Positions 28,144 through 38,139 of a stretch of 64,000 nucleotides of DNA are shown one piece after another (the first letter of the stretch is position 1; every line of letters starts with the position of its first letter). The position numbers were made by a program, and so were the translations under genes. The stretch lies in contig CBDBCF010000001.1 of assembly GCA_965202985.1 (NCBI GenBank), positions 1,568,001 to 1,632,000 on the forward strand. The letters run 5' to 3'. The DNA comes from Longimicrobiales bacterium (GTDB taxonomy: Bacteria > Gemmatimonadota > Gemmatimonadetes > Longimicrobiales > Gaopeijiaceae). The notes beneath the pieces are model-generated. The model was given only the letters and a program-made list of their open reading frames with translations. It was not told the origin of the DNA and did not search any database.

Positions 28144-28773
28144 TCAGGCCCGGGCTCGGGACAGCTCGGCTGCCCGCATGGCCGTGTTCAGGATCTTGTC
28201 GTAGTCGCCGCAGCGGCAGAGGTTGCCCGACAGGAGTTCGGCGGCTTCTTCCCGCGACGGGTTCGGGTTCTTCTCCAGCATCGCCACCATGCTCATGGCG
28301 AAGCCGGGGGCGCAGAAGGCGCACTGGAAGCCGCCCTCGTCCAGGACCGCCTGCTGCACCGGATGCAGGCGGCCGTCCTGCTCCAGCCCCTCGACCGTGG
28401 CGACGGCCCGCCCGCGCACCGAGTGCGTCAGGATCGAGCAGCCGTAGTGGGCGACGCCGTCCAGAAGCACGGTGCAGGCCCCGCACTCCGCGCGGTCGCA
28501 CCCCAGCTTGGTGCCCGTCAGGCCGAGCTTGTAGCGGAGCGTCATGGCCAGCGTCTCCTGCTTCAGGACATCGACCCGGCGCGCCTGCCCGTTGACGTGA
28601 AGCGTCACCAGCCGCTCCACGGTTCCCTGCGCCGCGGGTCCGGCCAGCAGTCCGCCGCTCCGGAACAAGTAGCCCGACGCCGACACCGTGGCGCCAGCGG
28701 CGATCACGCCTTGGATGAACTTCCGGCGGGTGAAGCCGCCCCGCCTCGCCTCGATGGACCCCGCTTCCAGCAT
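28144..28773 (-). CDS. (2Fe-2S) subunit with Tat signal (PaoA/YagT-like)
   Basis: TRRKFI Tat motif; GTKLGCDRAECGACTV, QCAFCAPG and NLCRCG. Confidence 0.93.
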   Translation of the reverse strand: MLEAGSIEARRGGFTRRKFIQGVIAAGATVSASGYLFRSGGLLAGPAAQGTVERLVTLHVNGQARRVDVLKQETLAMTLRYKLGLTGTKLGCDRAECGACTVLLDGVAHYGCSILTHSVRGRAVATVEGLEQDGRLHPVQQAVLDEGGFQCAFCAPGFAMSMVAMLEKNPNPSREEAAELLSGNLCRCGDYDKILNTAMRAAELSRARA

Positions 28774-28852
28774 CGCTATCGCACCTCGCGGCTCGTGGGA
28801 CAAAGGGGAACTGGGCCAACATAGGCCCCGCCGGCGTCCTGCGCCAGAACGG

Positions 28853-29266
28853 TCACGCCCCCGGCCCGCTCGCCTCCGTCTCCACCAGGTACAGGACGGG
28901 ACCGTCGAAGGTGCGGCCCTTGGTCTTGACCTTGAACTCGTACCGGCCCGGCGCCGGGAACACCACGTCTTCCAGCGGCATCGCCAGGCGCGTTCGGGGC
29001 GGCGGACGCCCGGCGGGCCGGGGCGTCACGTCGGACTGGCCCTCCACCGTCAGCGCGGGCTTGCCGTTCGGTCCCGCCACGTCGACCCGGAAGGCGTATC
29101 GGCCCGAGTCGGCGGAGTCCCATTCGAGCACCAGCACCAGGAACATGCGGTCCTGGCGAGCCGGGAACCCCGCCGCGTACAGGTCGTGGAAGACGCCGTG
29201 CACGTCCAGCTTCCCCTCCGGCGTGGCTGTCGCGTGGTCGCAAAGCGCCGACGCCAGCAGCCTCAC
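28853..29266 (-). CDS. Small beta-sandwich hypothetical protein (DUF6941-like)
   Basis: LCDHA..GKLDVHGVF and FPAPGRYEF pattern; GTGA overlap with the upstream gene. Confidence 0.7.
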   Translation of the reverse strand: MRLLASALCDHATATPEGKLDVHGVFHDLYAAGFPARQDRMFLVLVLEWDSADSGRYAFRVDVAGPNGKPALTVEGQSDVTPRPAGRPPPRTRLAMPLEDVVFPAPGRYEFKVKTKGRTFDGPVLYLVETEASGPGA

Positions 29267-30984
29267 GGGGTTCGCCGCTCGGGCACGCCCCAGCCGCCGC
29301 CGCCCGGCGACCGCACGCTGACCACGTCTCCCGCCTCGACCTCGGTCGTGTCCTTGCCGCGAAGAGGCGTCTCGCGTCCGTCGGCCACCAGCACGTTCAG
29401 GCCGGGTTCGCCCGCAGCGCCCCCCCGTGCCCCCGACGGACCCTGCAGCCGGCGGTCCGAGAGAAGCGTGACCGAGGCGTCGGCCAAGAGCATGAGGTCG
29501 CGCCGAAGCCCTTCGCCGCCCGAGTGCAGACCCGCGCCCCCGCTGCCGCGACGGATCTCGTAGCGCGTCACACGGAAGGGGTACGAGTGCTCCAGCGCCT
29601 CCACGGGCGTGTTGAGGGAGTTGGACATGTGACAGTGGACGCCCGACAGTCCGGGACCCGACGGCCCGGCGCCCATTCCGCCGCCCACGGTCTCGTAGTA
29701 GGCGAACGGGGCGCCCGTTCGGGGGTCGACCCCGCCCATGGCCGTGTTGTTCATCGTGCCCTGGGACAGGGCGGGCATCAGTTCGGGCAGCGCCTGGGCA
29801 AAGGCGAGCATCAGGACGTCGGTGATCCGCTGGCTCGTCTCCACGTTCCCCGCGGCCACGGAGGCCGGCGGCGCCGCGTTCACCAGCGAACCCTCCGGCA
29901 GGCGCAGCTCCATCGCCTTCATGGAACCGCCGCCGGCGGGCAAGCTCTGGCACAGCAGGGCCTCGGCCACGCATCGCACCACGTAGCGCGCAGCGGAGGC
30001 CGTGATCGCCGCCACCGCGTTGACGCCGCCTCGGGCCTGGGGCGCAGTCCCCGCGAAGTCCACGACCAGCCGGTCGCCCCGAACGCGGAGCGCGGCCTGG
30101 ATCCGAAGAGGACCGGAGCCGAAGCCGTCGTCGTCCAAGTGGTCGGCGGCTTCGTAGTCGCCGTCCGGGATCTGCCGCGCGGCAGTCTCCACCAGGCGGT
30201 CGGCGTAGTCCACCAACGACTTCATCGCCGCGCGGGTCGCCGCCACCCCGCGAGCCGCCACGATCTCCAACAGGCGCGTGCGCCCCGCATGGAGCGCGGC
30301 CAGCTGGGCGTCCAGGTCGCCCGCCCGCTCGTCGGGCGTGCGCACGTTCGCGAGGACGGTTCGCCACAGGTCGTCGTCTCGGACCCCGCCCCGGTAGAGG
30401 CGAACCGGCGGAATGCGCAGCCCCTCCTGGTATATCTCGCGCGCCAGCGGCATCGAGCCCGGCGACATGCCCCCCACGTCGGAGTGGTGCGCGCGCGAGG
30501 CCACGAAGGCGATGGGGTCCGCGCCGGCGTCGCCCGCACTGGGGTTGCCCAAATCGCCGTCGCCTGGCCCGGGGCCGCCCCTCCCCGGGCCGTACACGGG
30601 GGCCAGCAGGGTCACGTCGGGCAGGTGGGTGCCGCCCTCGAAGGGGTCGTTCAGGCAGGCCACGTCGCCGGGCGCCAGCCGTCCCAGGGCCTTCAGGGCG
30701 GCGGTCACGCTCATGGGCATGGCGCCCAAGTGGACGGGCATGTGGTCGCCCAAGGCCACGGCCGTCCCCTCGGCGTCGAACAGCGCGCACGAGTAGTCCC
30801 GCCGCTCCTTGATGTTGGGCGAATACGAGGCGCGCTTGAGGGCGGCGCCCATCTCTTCCGCCAGCGCCGCGAACAGGTGGCCGAAGACCGCCAGCGCCAC
30901 CGAATCCACCTGCGGGTCGGCGGACTCGGCCGCAGCGCGGGCGGTGCCGGGGCGGGGCTTCTCGGGGGTCCGGTTCCTTGCCAC
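29263..30984 (-). CDS. Hydantoinase B / 5-oxoprolinase family protein
   Basis: SPNIKERRDYSCA, PVHLGAM, NDPFEGGTHLPD, HHSDVGG, QGTMNN, YYET and NTPVE motifs. Confidence 0.95.
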   Translation of the reverse strand: MARNRTPEKPRPGTARAAAESADPQVDSVALAVFGHLFAALAEEMGAALKRASYSPNIKERRDYSCALFDAEGTAVALGDHMPVHLGAMPMSVTAALKALGRLAPGDVACLNDPFEGGTHLPDVTLLAPVYGPGRGGPGPGDGDLGNPSAGDAGADPIAFVASRAHHSDVGGMSPGSMPLAREIYQEGLRIPPVRLYRGGVRDDDLWRTVLANVRTPDERAGDLDAQLAALHAGRTRLLEIVAARGVAATRAAMKSLVDYADRLVETAARQIPDGDYEAADHLDDDGFGSGPLRIQAALRVRGDRLVVDFAGTAPQARGGVNAVAAITASAARYVVRCVAEALLCQSLPAGGGSMKAMELRLPEGSLVNAAPPASVAAGNVETSQRITDVLMLAFAQALPELMPALSQGTMNNTAMGGVDPRTGAPFAYYETVGGGMGAGPSGPGLSGVHCHMSNSLNTPVEALEHSYPFRVTRYEIRRGSGGAGLHSGGEGLRRDLMLLADASVTLLSDRRLQGPSGARGGAAGEPGLNVLVADGRETPLRGKDTTEVEAGDVVSVRSPGGGGWGVPERRTP

Positions 30985-31090
30985 GAAACGAAGGCCTACC
31001 GTAGGTTGAGGGCTTGCCTGCGCCCGGAGTGCGACGCGAAGGTTGCGCGCCGGGGGCCGAAGTCACGCACCAATAACTCAAGGAGCAGCC

Positions 31091-31390
31091 ATGACAAAGC
31101 AAGAGCCCATGGAGCGCGCCCGCGACGAACTGTTCAGCCACATCCACCGTTGCGGGGTCCTGAAAGCGAACCCGAACGACCAGGACTCGTGGATGAACGA
31201 GACCATGGAGTACTTGGCGGAGCGATATCCCGACCTGGGAGAGAAGGACCTCTTTCAACTGAAGGCGGTCGGGATGCAGTTCTGCAAACCGGTCGTCTCC
31301 AGGCTCAAGCTCGACGAACCGGACGAGCCCGTCGCCGCGCTGGCCGGCGATGCGAGCGAAGAGCTCCTCGGGGTGGCGCAGGAGGCGTGA
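31091..31390 (+). CDS. Conserved hypothetical protein
   Basis: AGGAG RBS; MERARDELFSHIHRCGVL; heads an operon-like run of genes. Confidence 0.75.
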   Translation: MTKQEPMERARDELFSHIHRCGVLKANPNDQDSWMNETMEYLAERYPDLGEKDLFQLKAVGMQFCKPVVSRLKLDEPDEPVAALAGDASEELLGVAQEA

Positions 31391-31394
31391 CGGC

Positions 31395-32543
31395 ATGACG
31401 ACGAGGCGCGACTGCGCGACGAAGACCGGCGACGCGACGGACCCGACCACGCGACGCGACTTTCTCAAGACTTCGGCCAGCGTCGGCGTCGGCGCGGCCG
31501 TGGGGGGCCTCGGGGCCGCCCGACCCTTGGCCGGCGCGCCCGCCGTGCGGACCAGCGCGACGCCTCCGGTCTCGGTCGCGAGCCGCAACGGCCTGGAGTC
31601 GGTTGCAACGGCCGTGAGCGTCGTCGAGTCCGGCGGCGACACGCTGGAAGCGGTCGTCCAAGGCGTGAACCTGGTGGAGCGCGACCCGGAAGATCGGTCC
31701 GTCGGCTACGGCGGGTTGCCGAACCTGGACGGAGTGGTCCAGCTGGACTCGTCGGTCATGCACGGCCCCAGCCGGGGCGCCGGGGCGGTCGCGTGCCTGG
31801 AGGGGATCAAGATGCCCTCGCGGGTGGCGATGGACGTGATGCGCCACACGGACCACGTCCTCTTGGTCGGCCAAGGCGCCCAGCGGTTCGCTGTGTCGAT
31901 GGGCCACCGGCTGGAGGACCTGCTCACGGAGGAGTCGCGGCTGCGGTGGATCGACTGGCGGGCCCGCCTGAGCGACAAGGACGACTACCTGTCGCCGGGC
32001 GAATCCGGACCCCCGGGCTCGCCGCCTTCGGACCGCGACGGCGACGACCTTCTCGACTCCTACGACGGCGTGCGACCCCAAGGGACGATCAACTGCAACG
32101 TCGTGAACCGGGACGGCGATCTGTCCGGCGTGACCACGACCTCGGGGCTGGCCTGGAAGGTGCCGGGCCGGGTCGGCGACTCGCCGATCGTCGGCGCGGG
32201 GCTGTACGTGGACAACGACGTCGGGGCCTGCGGCTCCACCGGCAGAGGCGAAGCCGTGATCAAGACCTGCGGTTCGCACACCGTGGTGGAGCTGATGCGC
32301 TCGGGGATGGCCCCCACCGACGCCTGCCTGGAAGCGCTGCGCCGCATCGTCGCCTTCACCGTCGAAGCGCGGCTCCTTCGCCAAGACGGACGGCCCGACT
32401 TCCACGTCAACTACTACGCCGTCAACAAGAACGGCGAATACGGCGGAGCGGCGATCTTCTCCGGCGCCCGGTTCGCCGTCTGCGCGGGCGACCAAGAGGC
32501 GCGTCACGAGGACTCGGCCTACCTGTTCGAGAGAGGGGAGTGA
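31395..32543 (+). CDS. N(4)-(beta-N-acetylglucosaminyl)-L-asparaginase (Ntn hydrolase), Tat-exported
   Basis: TRRDFLK, SVGYGGLP, VQLDSSVM, G/TI autocleavage site, GRVGDSPIVGAG and STGRGE. Confidence 0.92.
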   Translation: MTTRRDCATKTGDATDPTTRRDFLKTSASVGVGAAVGGLGAARPLAGAPAVRTSATPPVSVASRNGLESVATAVSVVESGGDTLEAVVQGVNLVERDPEDRSVGYGGLPNLDGVVQLDSSVMHGPSRGAGAVACLEGIKMPSRVAMDVMRHTDHVLLVGQGAQRFAVSMGHRLEDLLTEESRLRWIDWRARLSDKDDYLSPGESGPPGSPPSDRDGDDLLDSYDGVRPQGTINCNVVNRDGDLSGVTTTSGLAWKVPGRVGDSPIVGAGLYVDNDVGACGSTGRGEAVIKTCGSHTVVELMRSGMAPTDACLEALRRIVAFTVEARLLRQDGRPDFHVNYYAVNKNGEYGGAAIFSGARFAVCAGDQEARHEDSAYLFERGE

Positions 32544-32935
32544 CGCGCGGCAAGAAGGGGGCCGCCAAGAAGAAGCCGGAGCGGGTCGGCTTCGGCGTGG
32601 CCGAGTTGCCCGACGTGGAGCGGGCCGAGCGCCTGCACTGCAGCGGCCGGCAGGTGCCTTCGCCCATGGGGGACTTCCTGGTGGAGCTCGGCGTGCGCTC
32701 CGAGCCCGACGGGACAAGCACCGTTCTGTTCGAATGCAAGAACTCGGCGCTGCGCTACGAGCTTCCGTTGCGCATCAGCACGTGGAGGGAGCGCAAGAAG
32801 GTTCGCGCGCAGGCCTTGGACGGGCTGGACCCCCTCTGTCCCCGCGCCGAGCTGGGGCCGCCCCTGGAGCGCCGAGAAACGGACTGGTTCTGCCCCCGGT
32901 GCAACCTGATGTTCGGGAGGGTGCCCGACGAATGA
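32540..32935 (+). CDS. Hypothetical protein with C-terminal zinc-ribbon-like motif
   Basis: GTGA overlap; CPR..FCPRC. Confidence 0.65.
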   Translation: MTRGKKGAAKKKPERVGFGVAELPDVERAERLHCSGRQVPSPMGDFLVELGVRSEPDGTSTVLFECKNSALRYELPLRISTWRERKKVRAQALDGLDPLCPRAELGPPLERRETDWFCPRCNLMFGRVPDE

Positions 32936-32960
32936 CGCCGGGCGCTGGCGGCGCGGCGCG

Positions 32961-34085
32961 GTGAACAGAATCGCGGTGATCGGCGGAGACGGGATCGGCC
33001 CCGAGGTGGTCTCCGCGGCAGTGGAGGTCCTGACCGCCGCCGGAGACGCCTACGGCTGTACCTTGACCTTCGACGAATGGGACTTGGGCACCGAGCGCTA
33101 CTTGCGCGACGGCGCCACGCTCTCCGACGCCGAGCGGGACCGCTTGGTGGGCGAGTACGACGCCGCGCTGCTGGGCGCCCTGGGCGACCCGCGCGTCCCG
33201 GACAACGCCCACGCCCGCGACATCTTGCTGGGCCTTCGCTTCTGCGCCGACCTGTACGTAAACTACCGGCCCTGCAAGCTGCTGCTCCCCTCGCTGTGCC
33301 CGCTGAAGGACGGCGCGCGCGGCGACGGGATCGACATCGACTTCTTCCGCGAGAACACGGAGGGGCTCTACGCCGGCGCCGGGGGTCGCCTGAAGGCCGG
33401 CACCCGGGACGAAGTGGCCCTGCAGGAGAGCGTCAACACGTGGAAGGGCGTGGAGCGGATCGTCCGCGCCGCTTTCGAGCACGCCGCCGGGGCGGGCCGC
33501 GGGCGCGTGACGCTGGTGGACAAGGCCAACGCCCTGGTCCACGAGGGGGCGCTGTGGCGCCGCGTCTTCTCGGAGGTGGGCGCCGGCTTCCCCGAAATCG
33601 CGCAAGACGCCATGTACGTGGACGCCATGGCCATGGACTTGGTGCGGCGGCCGCACCGGTACGAGGTGGTGGTCACGTCCAACCTGTTCGGCGACATTCT
33701 GAGCGACTTGGCAGCCCAGATCACGGGAGGGATCGGCCTGGCGCCGTCGGGCAACCTTCATCCCGGTTCCTGGGCGCTCTTCGAGCCCATCCACGGGTCG
33801 GCGCCGGACATCGCCGGCTCGGGGACCGCGAACCCCGTGGGGGCCGTGGCGTGCGCCGGGCTGCTGCTGGACTTTCTGAGTCGCCGAGAGGCCGCGGCGG
33901 CGGTGGAGGCGGCCACGCTGGCCTCGCTCCGGGCCGGGGTGATCACGCCCGACCTGGGAGGACGGGCCACGACGGCCGAGGTCGGAACGTGGATCGCGGA
34001 CCGCGTGCGACGGACGACGAATCAAGCGACAATCGGGGTCGGCGGGCCGCGCCGGTGCCCCGCCAAGGAGACAAGGATCGACTGA
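32961..34085 (+). CDS. Isocitrate/isopropylmalate/tartrate dehydrogenase family (LeuB-like)
   Basis: GDGIGPEV, RENTEGLY, DKAN, NLFGDILSD and EPIHGSAPDIAG motifs. Confidence 0.93.
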   Translation: MNRIAVIGGDGIGPEVVSAAVEVLTAAGDAYGCTLTFDEWDLGTERYLRDGATLSDAERDRLVGEYDAALLGALGDPRVPDNAHARDILLGLRFCADLYVNYRPCKLLLPSLCPLKDGARGDGIDIDFFRENTEGLYAGAGGRLKAGTRDEVALQESVNTWKGVERIVRAAFEHAAGAGRGRVTLVDKANALVHEGALWRRVFSEVGAGFPEIAQDAMYVDAMAMDLVRRPHRYEVVVTSNLFGDILSDLAAQITGGIGLAPSGNLHPGSWALFEPIHGSAPDIAGSGTANPVGAVACAGLLLDFLSRREAAAAVEAATLASLRAGVITPDLGGRATTAEVGTWIADRVRRTTNQATIGVGGPRRCPAKETRID

Positions 34086-35290
34086 TGGGCACTCAAGGAT
34101 TCGGCAAAGACGTAGTGTTTCTGTCCGGCAAGCGGACCCCCTTCGGCACCTTCGGCGGGTCCCTGAAGGGCTTCTCGGCCACCGATCTGGGCGCGCTTTC
34201 GGCCCAAGCCGCCTTGGACGCCGCCGGGATCGATCCGGCGCAGGTCGGGCACGTCTTCTACGGCAACGCTCTGCAGACCTCGGCGGACGCCATCTACCTG
34301 GCGCGCCACGTCGGATTGCGCGCTGGCGTGCCGCAGGAGGCCGGGGCGCTGACCGTCAACCGGCTGTGCGGCTCGGGGTTCCAGGCGATCGTATCCGGGG
34401 CCCAAGAGGTCCTGCTGGGCGGCGCGGATGTGGCGCTCTGCGGCGGCGCCGAGTCGATGAGCCAAGCTCCCCACGTCGTCCGCGGCGCGCGTTGGGGCGA
34501 GCTGCGACTGGGTCCGGCCGCCCACGGGCTTCAGGACCTTCTCTGGGAGGCGCTGACGGACTCGAACTGCGGGCTGACGATGGCCCAGACCGCCGAGAAG
34601 CTGGCCGAACAGTACGACGTGACCCGCGAAGAGGCCGACCGCGTGGCGCTGGCCAGCCAGCAGCGGGCCAAGGCGGCGTGGGACGCGGGCCGCTACGACG
34701 CGGAAGTGGCGCCGGTGACCGTCAAGACGCGCACGGGTACGTCGGAGTTCGCCGTGGACGAGCACATGCGCCCGACCACCACGCTGGAGGCGCTGTCGGC
34801 GCTCCGCCCGTACTTCAAGAAGGACGGCCTGGTGACCGCCGGAAACGCCAGCGGCATCGGCGACGGAGCGGCGTCGGCGGTGGTGGCGGACGCGCGCTGG
34901 GCGGAAGCGGAAGGCGTGGCCCCGATCGGCCGCTTGGTGTCTTGGGGGTTCGCGGGCGTGGACCCCGAGATCATGGGAATCGGTCCGGCGCCGGCGGCAC
35001 GGGCCGCCCTTGCCAAGGCGGGCTTGACGTTGGCCGACATGGACCTGGTGGAGGTCAACGAAGCCTTCGCGCCCCAGTACAAGGCGGTCGAAAAGGAGCT
35101 GGGCCTGGACCCCGAGCGGACCAACGTGGACGGCGGCGCCATCGCCGTCACCCATCCGCTGGCCGCTTCGGGCGCGCGGATCACCATCCACCTGCTCCAC
35201 GAACTCCGGCGCCGGGGCGCGCGGTATGGCCTGGGCGCCGCCTGCATCGGGGGCGGCCAAGGCGGGGCCGTGGTGGTCGAAGCCCTTTGA
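34085..35290 (+). CDS. Acetyl-CoA C-acyltransferase (thiolase)
   Basis: NRLCGSG, TAGNASG, VNEAFA, GGAIAVTHP and CIGGGQG; TGATG overlap. Confidence 0.95.
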   Translation: MGTQGFGKDVVFLSGKRTPFGTFGGSLKGFSATDLGALSAQAALDAAGIDPAQVGHVFYGNALQTSADAIYLARHVGLRAGVPQEAGALTVNRLCGSGFQAIVSGAQEVLLGGADVALCGGAESMSQAPHVVRGARWGELRLGPAAHGLQDLLWEALTDSNCGLTMAQTAEKLAEQYDVTREEADRVALASQQRAKAAWDAGRYDAEVAPVTVKTRTGTSEFAVDEHMRPTTTLEALSALRPYFKKDGLVTAGNASGIGDGAASAVVADARWAEAEGVAPIGRLVSWGFAGVDPEIMGIGPAPAARAALAKAGLTLADMDLVEVNEAFAPQYKAVEKELGLDPERTNVDGGAIAVTHPLAASGARITIHLLHELRRRGARYGLGAACIGGGQGGAVVVEAL

Positions 35291-35361
35291 GGGATTGACG
35301 TGACGCCCTCGCCCGGCCGTCGGGCTTGCCCCCGACGCCAGCGCAGGCGCAGGGTCGGGCC

Positions 35362-36234
35362 GTGAGCGGCGGCGGACCACTGACCCGGCGCGACTTCGAC
35401 GAGGTCATGCGACGGGCGGCGGAACTGGCAGGGGCCGACCCCGGCGCGGACGGCGCGGAACCGGTGTTCAGCGACGCGGAAGTGGTGCGCATCGGGAAGG
35501 AAGCCGGCCTTGCCGAGCACCACGTGCGCCGAGCCCTGGCCGACTTCCGCGCGGCCGGTGGGCCGAGGAGCGCCCGTCGCCGCGGGGTCGGGGCGCTTCT
35601 GGGGCCGGGGACGATCCGCACCAGCCGCGCGGTAGCCCGCTCCCGGCGCCGGATCGCGGGCGAGCTGGACGAGTTCATGGTGGCCGGGCAGCTGCTGCAG
35701 CCGGTTCGCCGCAAGGACGACCTGCTCCAGTACCGGCCCGCCATCGACTGGGCGTCTCGGGTGGCCCGGGCAGCCAGCGCCACGTCACGCCAGCACTACG
35801 TGGCCGCGGCAAGGCTGGTGGAGATCCGCTTGGCCGAGACGGACGACGAGGGCAAGGCCGGCGAAGCCGTCACCGTGGTCGACCTCTACGTGGACCCGGG
35901 GATCATCGGGAACTACCAGGGCGGGGCCGTCTTCGGGGGCGGCCTTGCGGGCGCCGCGGTGGGGACGGCGGCCGCGCTGGGGGCCGTTGCCTTGTTCCCG
36001 CTGGCGGTTGCCGTGGCTGCGGGCGTGGCTGCGGGCGCGGCGACGGCGCTGGCAGTGGCGGCGCTGGTGGCCAGGGGCTTCCGAAAGCGGCTGGACGAAG
36101 TAGAATCGGAGGTGGAGGGCATCCTGGACGGCGTGGAGGGCGGCCTGGGACTGGAGCCCCCGCCCCCGGCTTGGAGGCGATGGGTGCGGCGGCACTTCCA
36201 CGGCGTGGCCCGGGAAGTCATCGGACGACAGTAG
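35362..36234 (+). CDS. Hypothetical membrane protein
   Basis: Coding bias, C-terminal hydrophobic hairpin, position within the operon. Confidence 0.65.
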   Translation: MSGGGPLTRRDFDEVMRRAAELAGADPGADGAEPVFSDAEVVRIGKEAGLAEHHVRRALADFRAAGGPRSARRRGVGALLGPGTIRTSRAVARSRRRIAGELDEFMVAGQLLQPVRRKDDLLQYRPAIDWASRVARAASATSRQHYVAAARLVEIRLAETDDEGKAGEAVTVVDLYVDPGIIGNYQGGAVFGGGLAGAAVGTAAALGAVALFPLAVAVAAGVAAGAATALAVAALVARGFRKRLDEVESEVEGILDGVEGGLGLEPPPPAWRRWVRRHFHGVAREVIGRQ

Positions 36235-36260
36235 GAACGACCAAACAAGGGGAGAACGAC

Positions 36261-37139
36261 TTGAAGATCGAAGGCGTGGGCGTGGCGGGGTGCGGCCTTA
36301 TGGGAAGCGGGATCGCCGAAGTGTCGGCGCGAGCCGACTGCCGGGTGGTGGTTCGGGAGGTGGACGCCGCCGCCCTGGATGCGGGGCGCGCCCGAGTGGA
36401 GAAGTCCCTGGGCAGAGCGGTGTCGAAGGGCAAGCTGGACGCCGCCGCGCGCGACGAGACGTTGGCGCGGGTCGCCTTCACCACCTCCCTGGACGACCTG
36501 GCCGAGTGCGACCTCGTGATCGAGGCCATCGTGGAGTCGCTGGACGCCAAGAACCAGCTCTTCGCTCACCTGGACCGGGCGTGCGGACCGGAGACGATCT
36601 TCGCCTCCAACACGAGCTCGCTGACCGTGACCGACATGGCAGCGGCCACGTCCCGTCAGGACCGCTTCGTGGGCCTGCACTTCTTCAACCCCGTTCCGGT
36701 GATGAAGCTGGTGGAGGTGGTCCGCACGATCGCGACCAGCCAGGAGACGTTCGACGCGGCCTTCGCCTTCGCCAAGCGGATCGGCAAGACGCCGATCGCC
36801 GCCAAGGACAACTCGGGCTTCGTGGTGAACCTGCTGCTGGTTCCCTACATGCTGGACGCGATCCGGCAGCTGGAGCGCGGAGTGGCCACCGTCGAGGACA
36901 TCGACAAGGGGATGACGCTGGGCTGCGGGTACCCCATGGGGCCGTTCACCCTGTGCGACTTCGTGGGGATCGACACGCTGCACCTCATCTCCGAGATCAT
37001 GTTCGAGGAGTACCGGGAAGCGCGATACGCCCCGCCCCCGCTACTGAAGCGGCTCGTGTCGATGGGAAGGTTCGGCCGAAAGACCGGCGCCGGCTTCTAC
37101 GACTGGACCGCCGACGGGCCGGTGCCCCTCAAGGTCTGA
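36261..37139 (+). CDS. 3-hydroxybutyryl-CoA / 3-hydroxyacyl-CoA dehydrogenase
   Basis: GCGLMGSGIA, EAIVE, ASNTSS, GLHFFNP and PMGP motifs; TTG start with GGAG RBS. Confidence 0.95.
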   Translation: MKIEGVGVAGCGLMGSGIAEVSARADCRVVVREVDAAALDAGRARVEKSLGRAVSKGKLDAAARDETLARVAFTTSLDDLAECDLVIEAIVESLDAKNQLFAHLDRACGPETIFASNTSSLTVTDMAAATSRQDRFVGLHFFNPVPVMKLVEVVRTIATSQETFDAAFAFAKRIGKTPIAAKDNSGFVVNLLLVPYMLDAIRQLERGVATVEDIDKGMTLGCGYPMGPFTLCDFVGIDTLHLISEIMFEEYREARYAPPPLLKRLVSMGRFGRKTGAGFYDWTADGPVPLKV

Positions 37140-37175
37140 CCGAACCGTGCGCCGTGCCCGCGAACGGGGGTGGGT

Positions 37176-37370
37176 CTACCGGCGGCCTCGGCGCTGGCGA
37201 CGACGCTCCCTGCGGATCGCGGCCTCCCGGCGCCGCTTCCTGCGCGCGCTGGGCTTCTCGTAGAAGCGACGCTTGCGGAGTTCGGAGTAGAGCCCCGAGC
37301 GCTGCACCTTCCGCTTGAACCGGCGGAGGGCGCGCTCCAAGCTCTCGTTTTCCTGAACGACGACTTCCAA
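37176..37370 (-). CDS. rpsU: 30S ribosomal protein S21
   Basis: [15 protein letters not shown] and [13 protein letters not shown] start. Confidence 0.96.
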   Translation of the reverse strand: MEVVVQENESLERALRRFKRKVQRSGLYSELRKRRFYEKPSARRKRRREAAIRRERRRQRRGRR

Positions 37371-37468
37371 GTGATTCCACTCCGCTTTCGTGCGAAAAGG
37401 CCGTTGCTGGACAGACCTTAAGCATAGCGCTGGCAGGGGACGACCGCAAACGAGGAGTTCGGCCCCCC

Positions 37469-38053
37469 TCAAACTTCGTCCGGCTCGGGGTCCGGCACCG
37501 GCACGCGCTTCCGGGCGCCGCCCAAGAGGCCCTTCACCGCTTCGGTCACGTCGTGCGCACTCGACCACAACTCCGCAAAGCGCCGTGCGCCGTGCTCGGC
37601 CCCCGTCCGACCGCAGACGGTGGCGAAGGCGGGCCCGGAGTGCGGAAACGGCTGCTGGAACCAGTGGAGGCCGAAGACGGCGGCGAAGGGGCGGGCGTCA
37701 CGGTGGAACACCGCGAAGTCGGGGGTCCAGAAGGTCATCGGCGCCACTCGCGCCTCCAGGGCGCCCGACGCAAGCAGGCCGTGAAGCCGCTCGGCCACGG
37801 CGCGACGCCGCGGGTCGGCCATCACGGTCTCCGCTTCGCTTCGGAAGGTGCCCGCGCTGAGCTCCGAGAGCACCACGCGGATGCGCGCCAGCCCCTGCGC
37901 TTCCTCCGCCCCCAGGTCCACGGCGGCCAAGCGGATGTGGCGCGCGGCCACGGTGATCTCCGCGCTTTCGCGGGCAAGGAGGCCGAAGCGGACCCGCAGG
38001 TCCGGCTCCGCCCGTTCGTCGACCAGTTCCCCCAACGTTCGCTTTCGAATCAT
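37469..38053 (-). CDS. Hypothetical protein, possibly an inactive PLD-like fold
   Basis: Coding bias; ends in a ..[10 protein letters not shown] helix; no HKD motif. Confidence 0.55.
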   Translation of the reverse strand: MIRKRTLGELVDERAEPDLRVRFGLLARESAEITVAARHIRLAAVDLGAEEAQGLARIRVVLSELSAGTFRSEAETVMADPRRRAVAERLHGLLASGALEARVAPMTFWTPDFAVFHRDARPFAAVFGLHWFQQPFPHSGPAFATVCGRTGAEHGARRFAELWSSAHDVTEAVKGLLGGARKRVPVPDPEPDEV

Positions 38054-38139
38054 GGGAGACACTATGGCGTCCGAAATTGGGCGTTTGGATAGCTGGATCG
38101 GCCCGTCTTGCAGCCGGCGCCCCGAAGTCCAGTCTCCGC

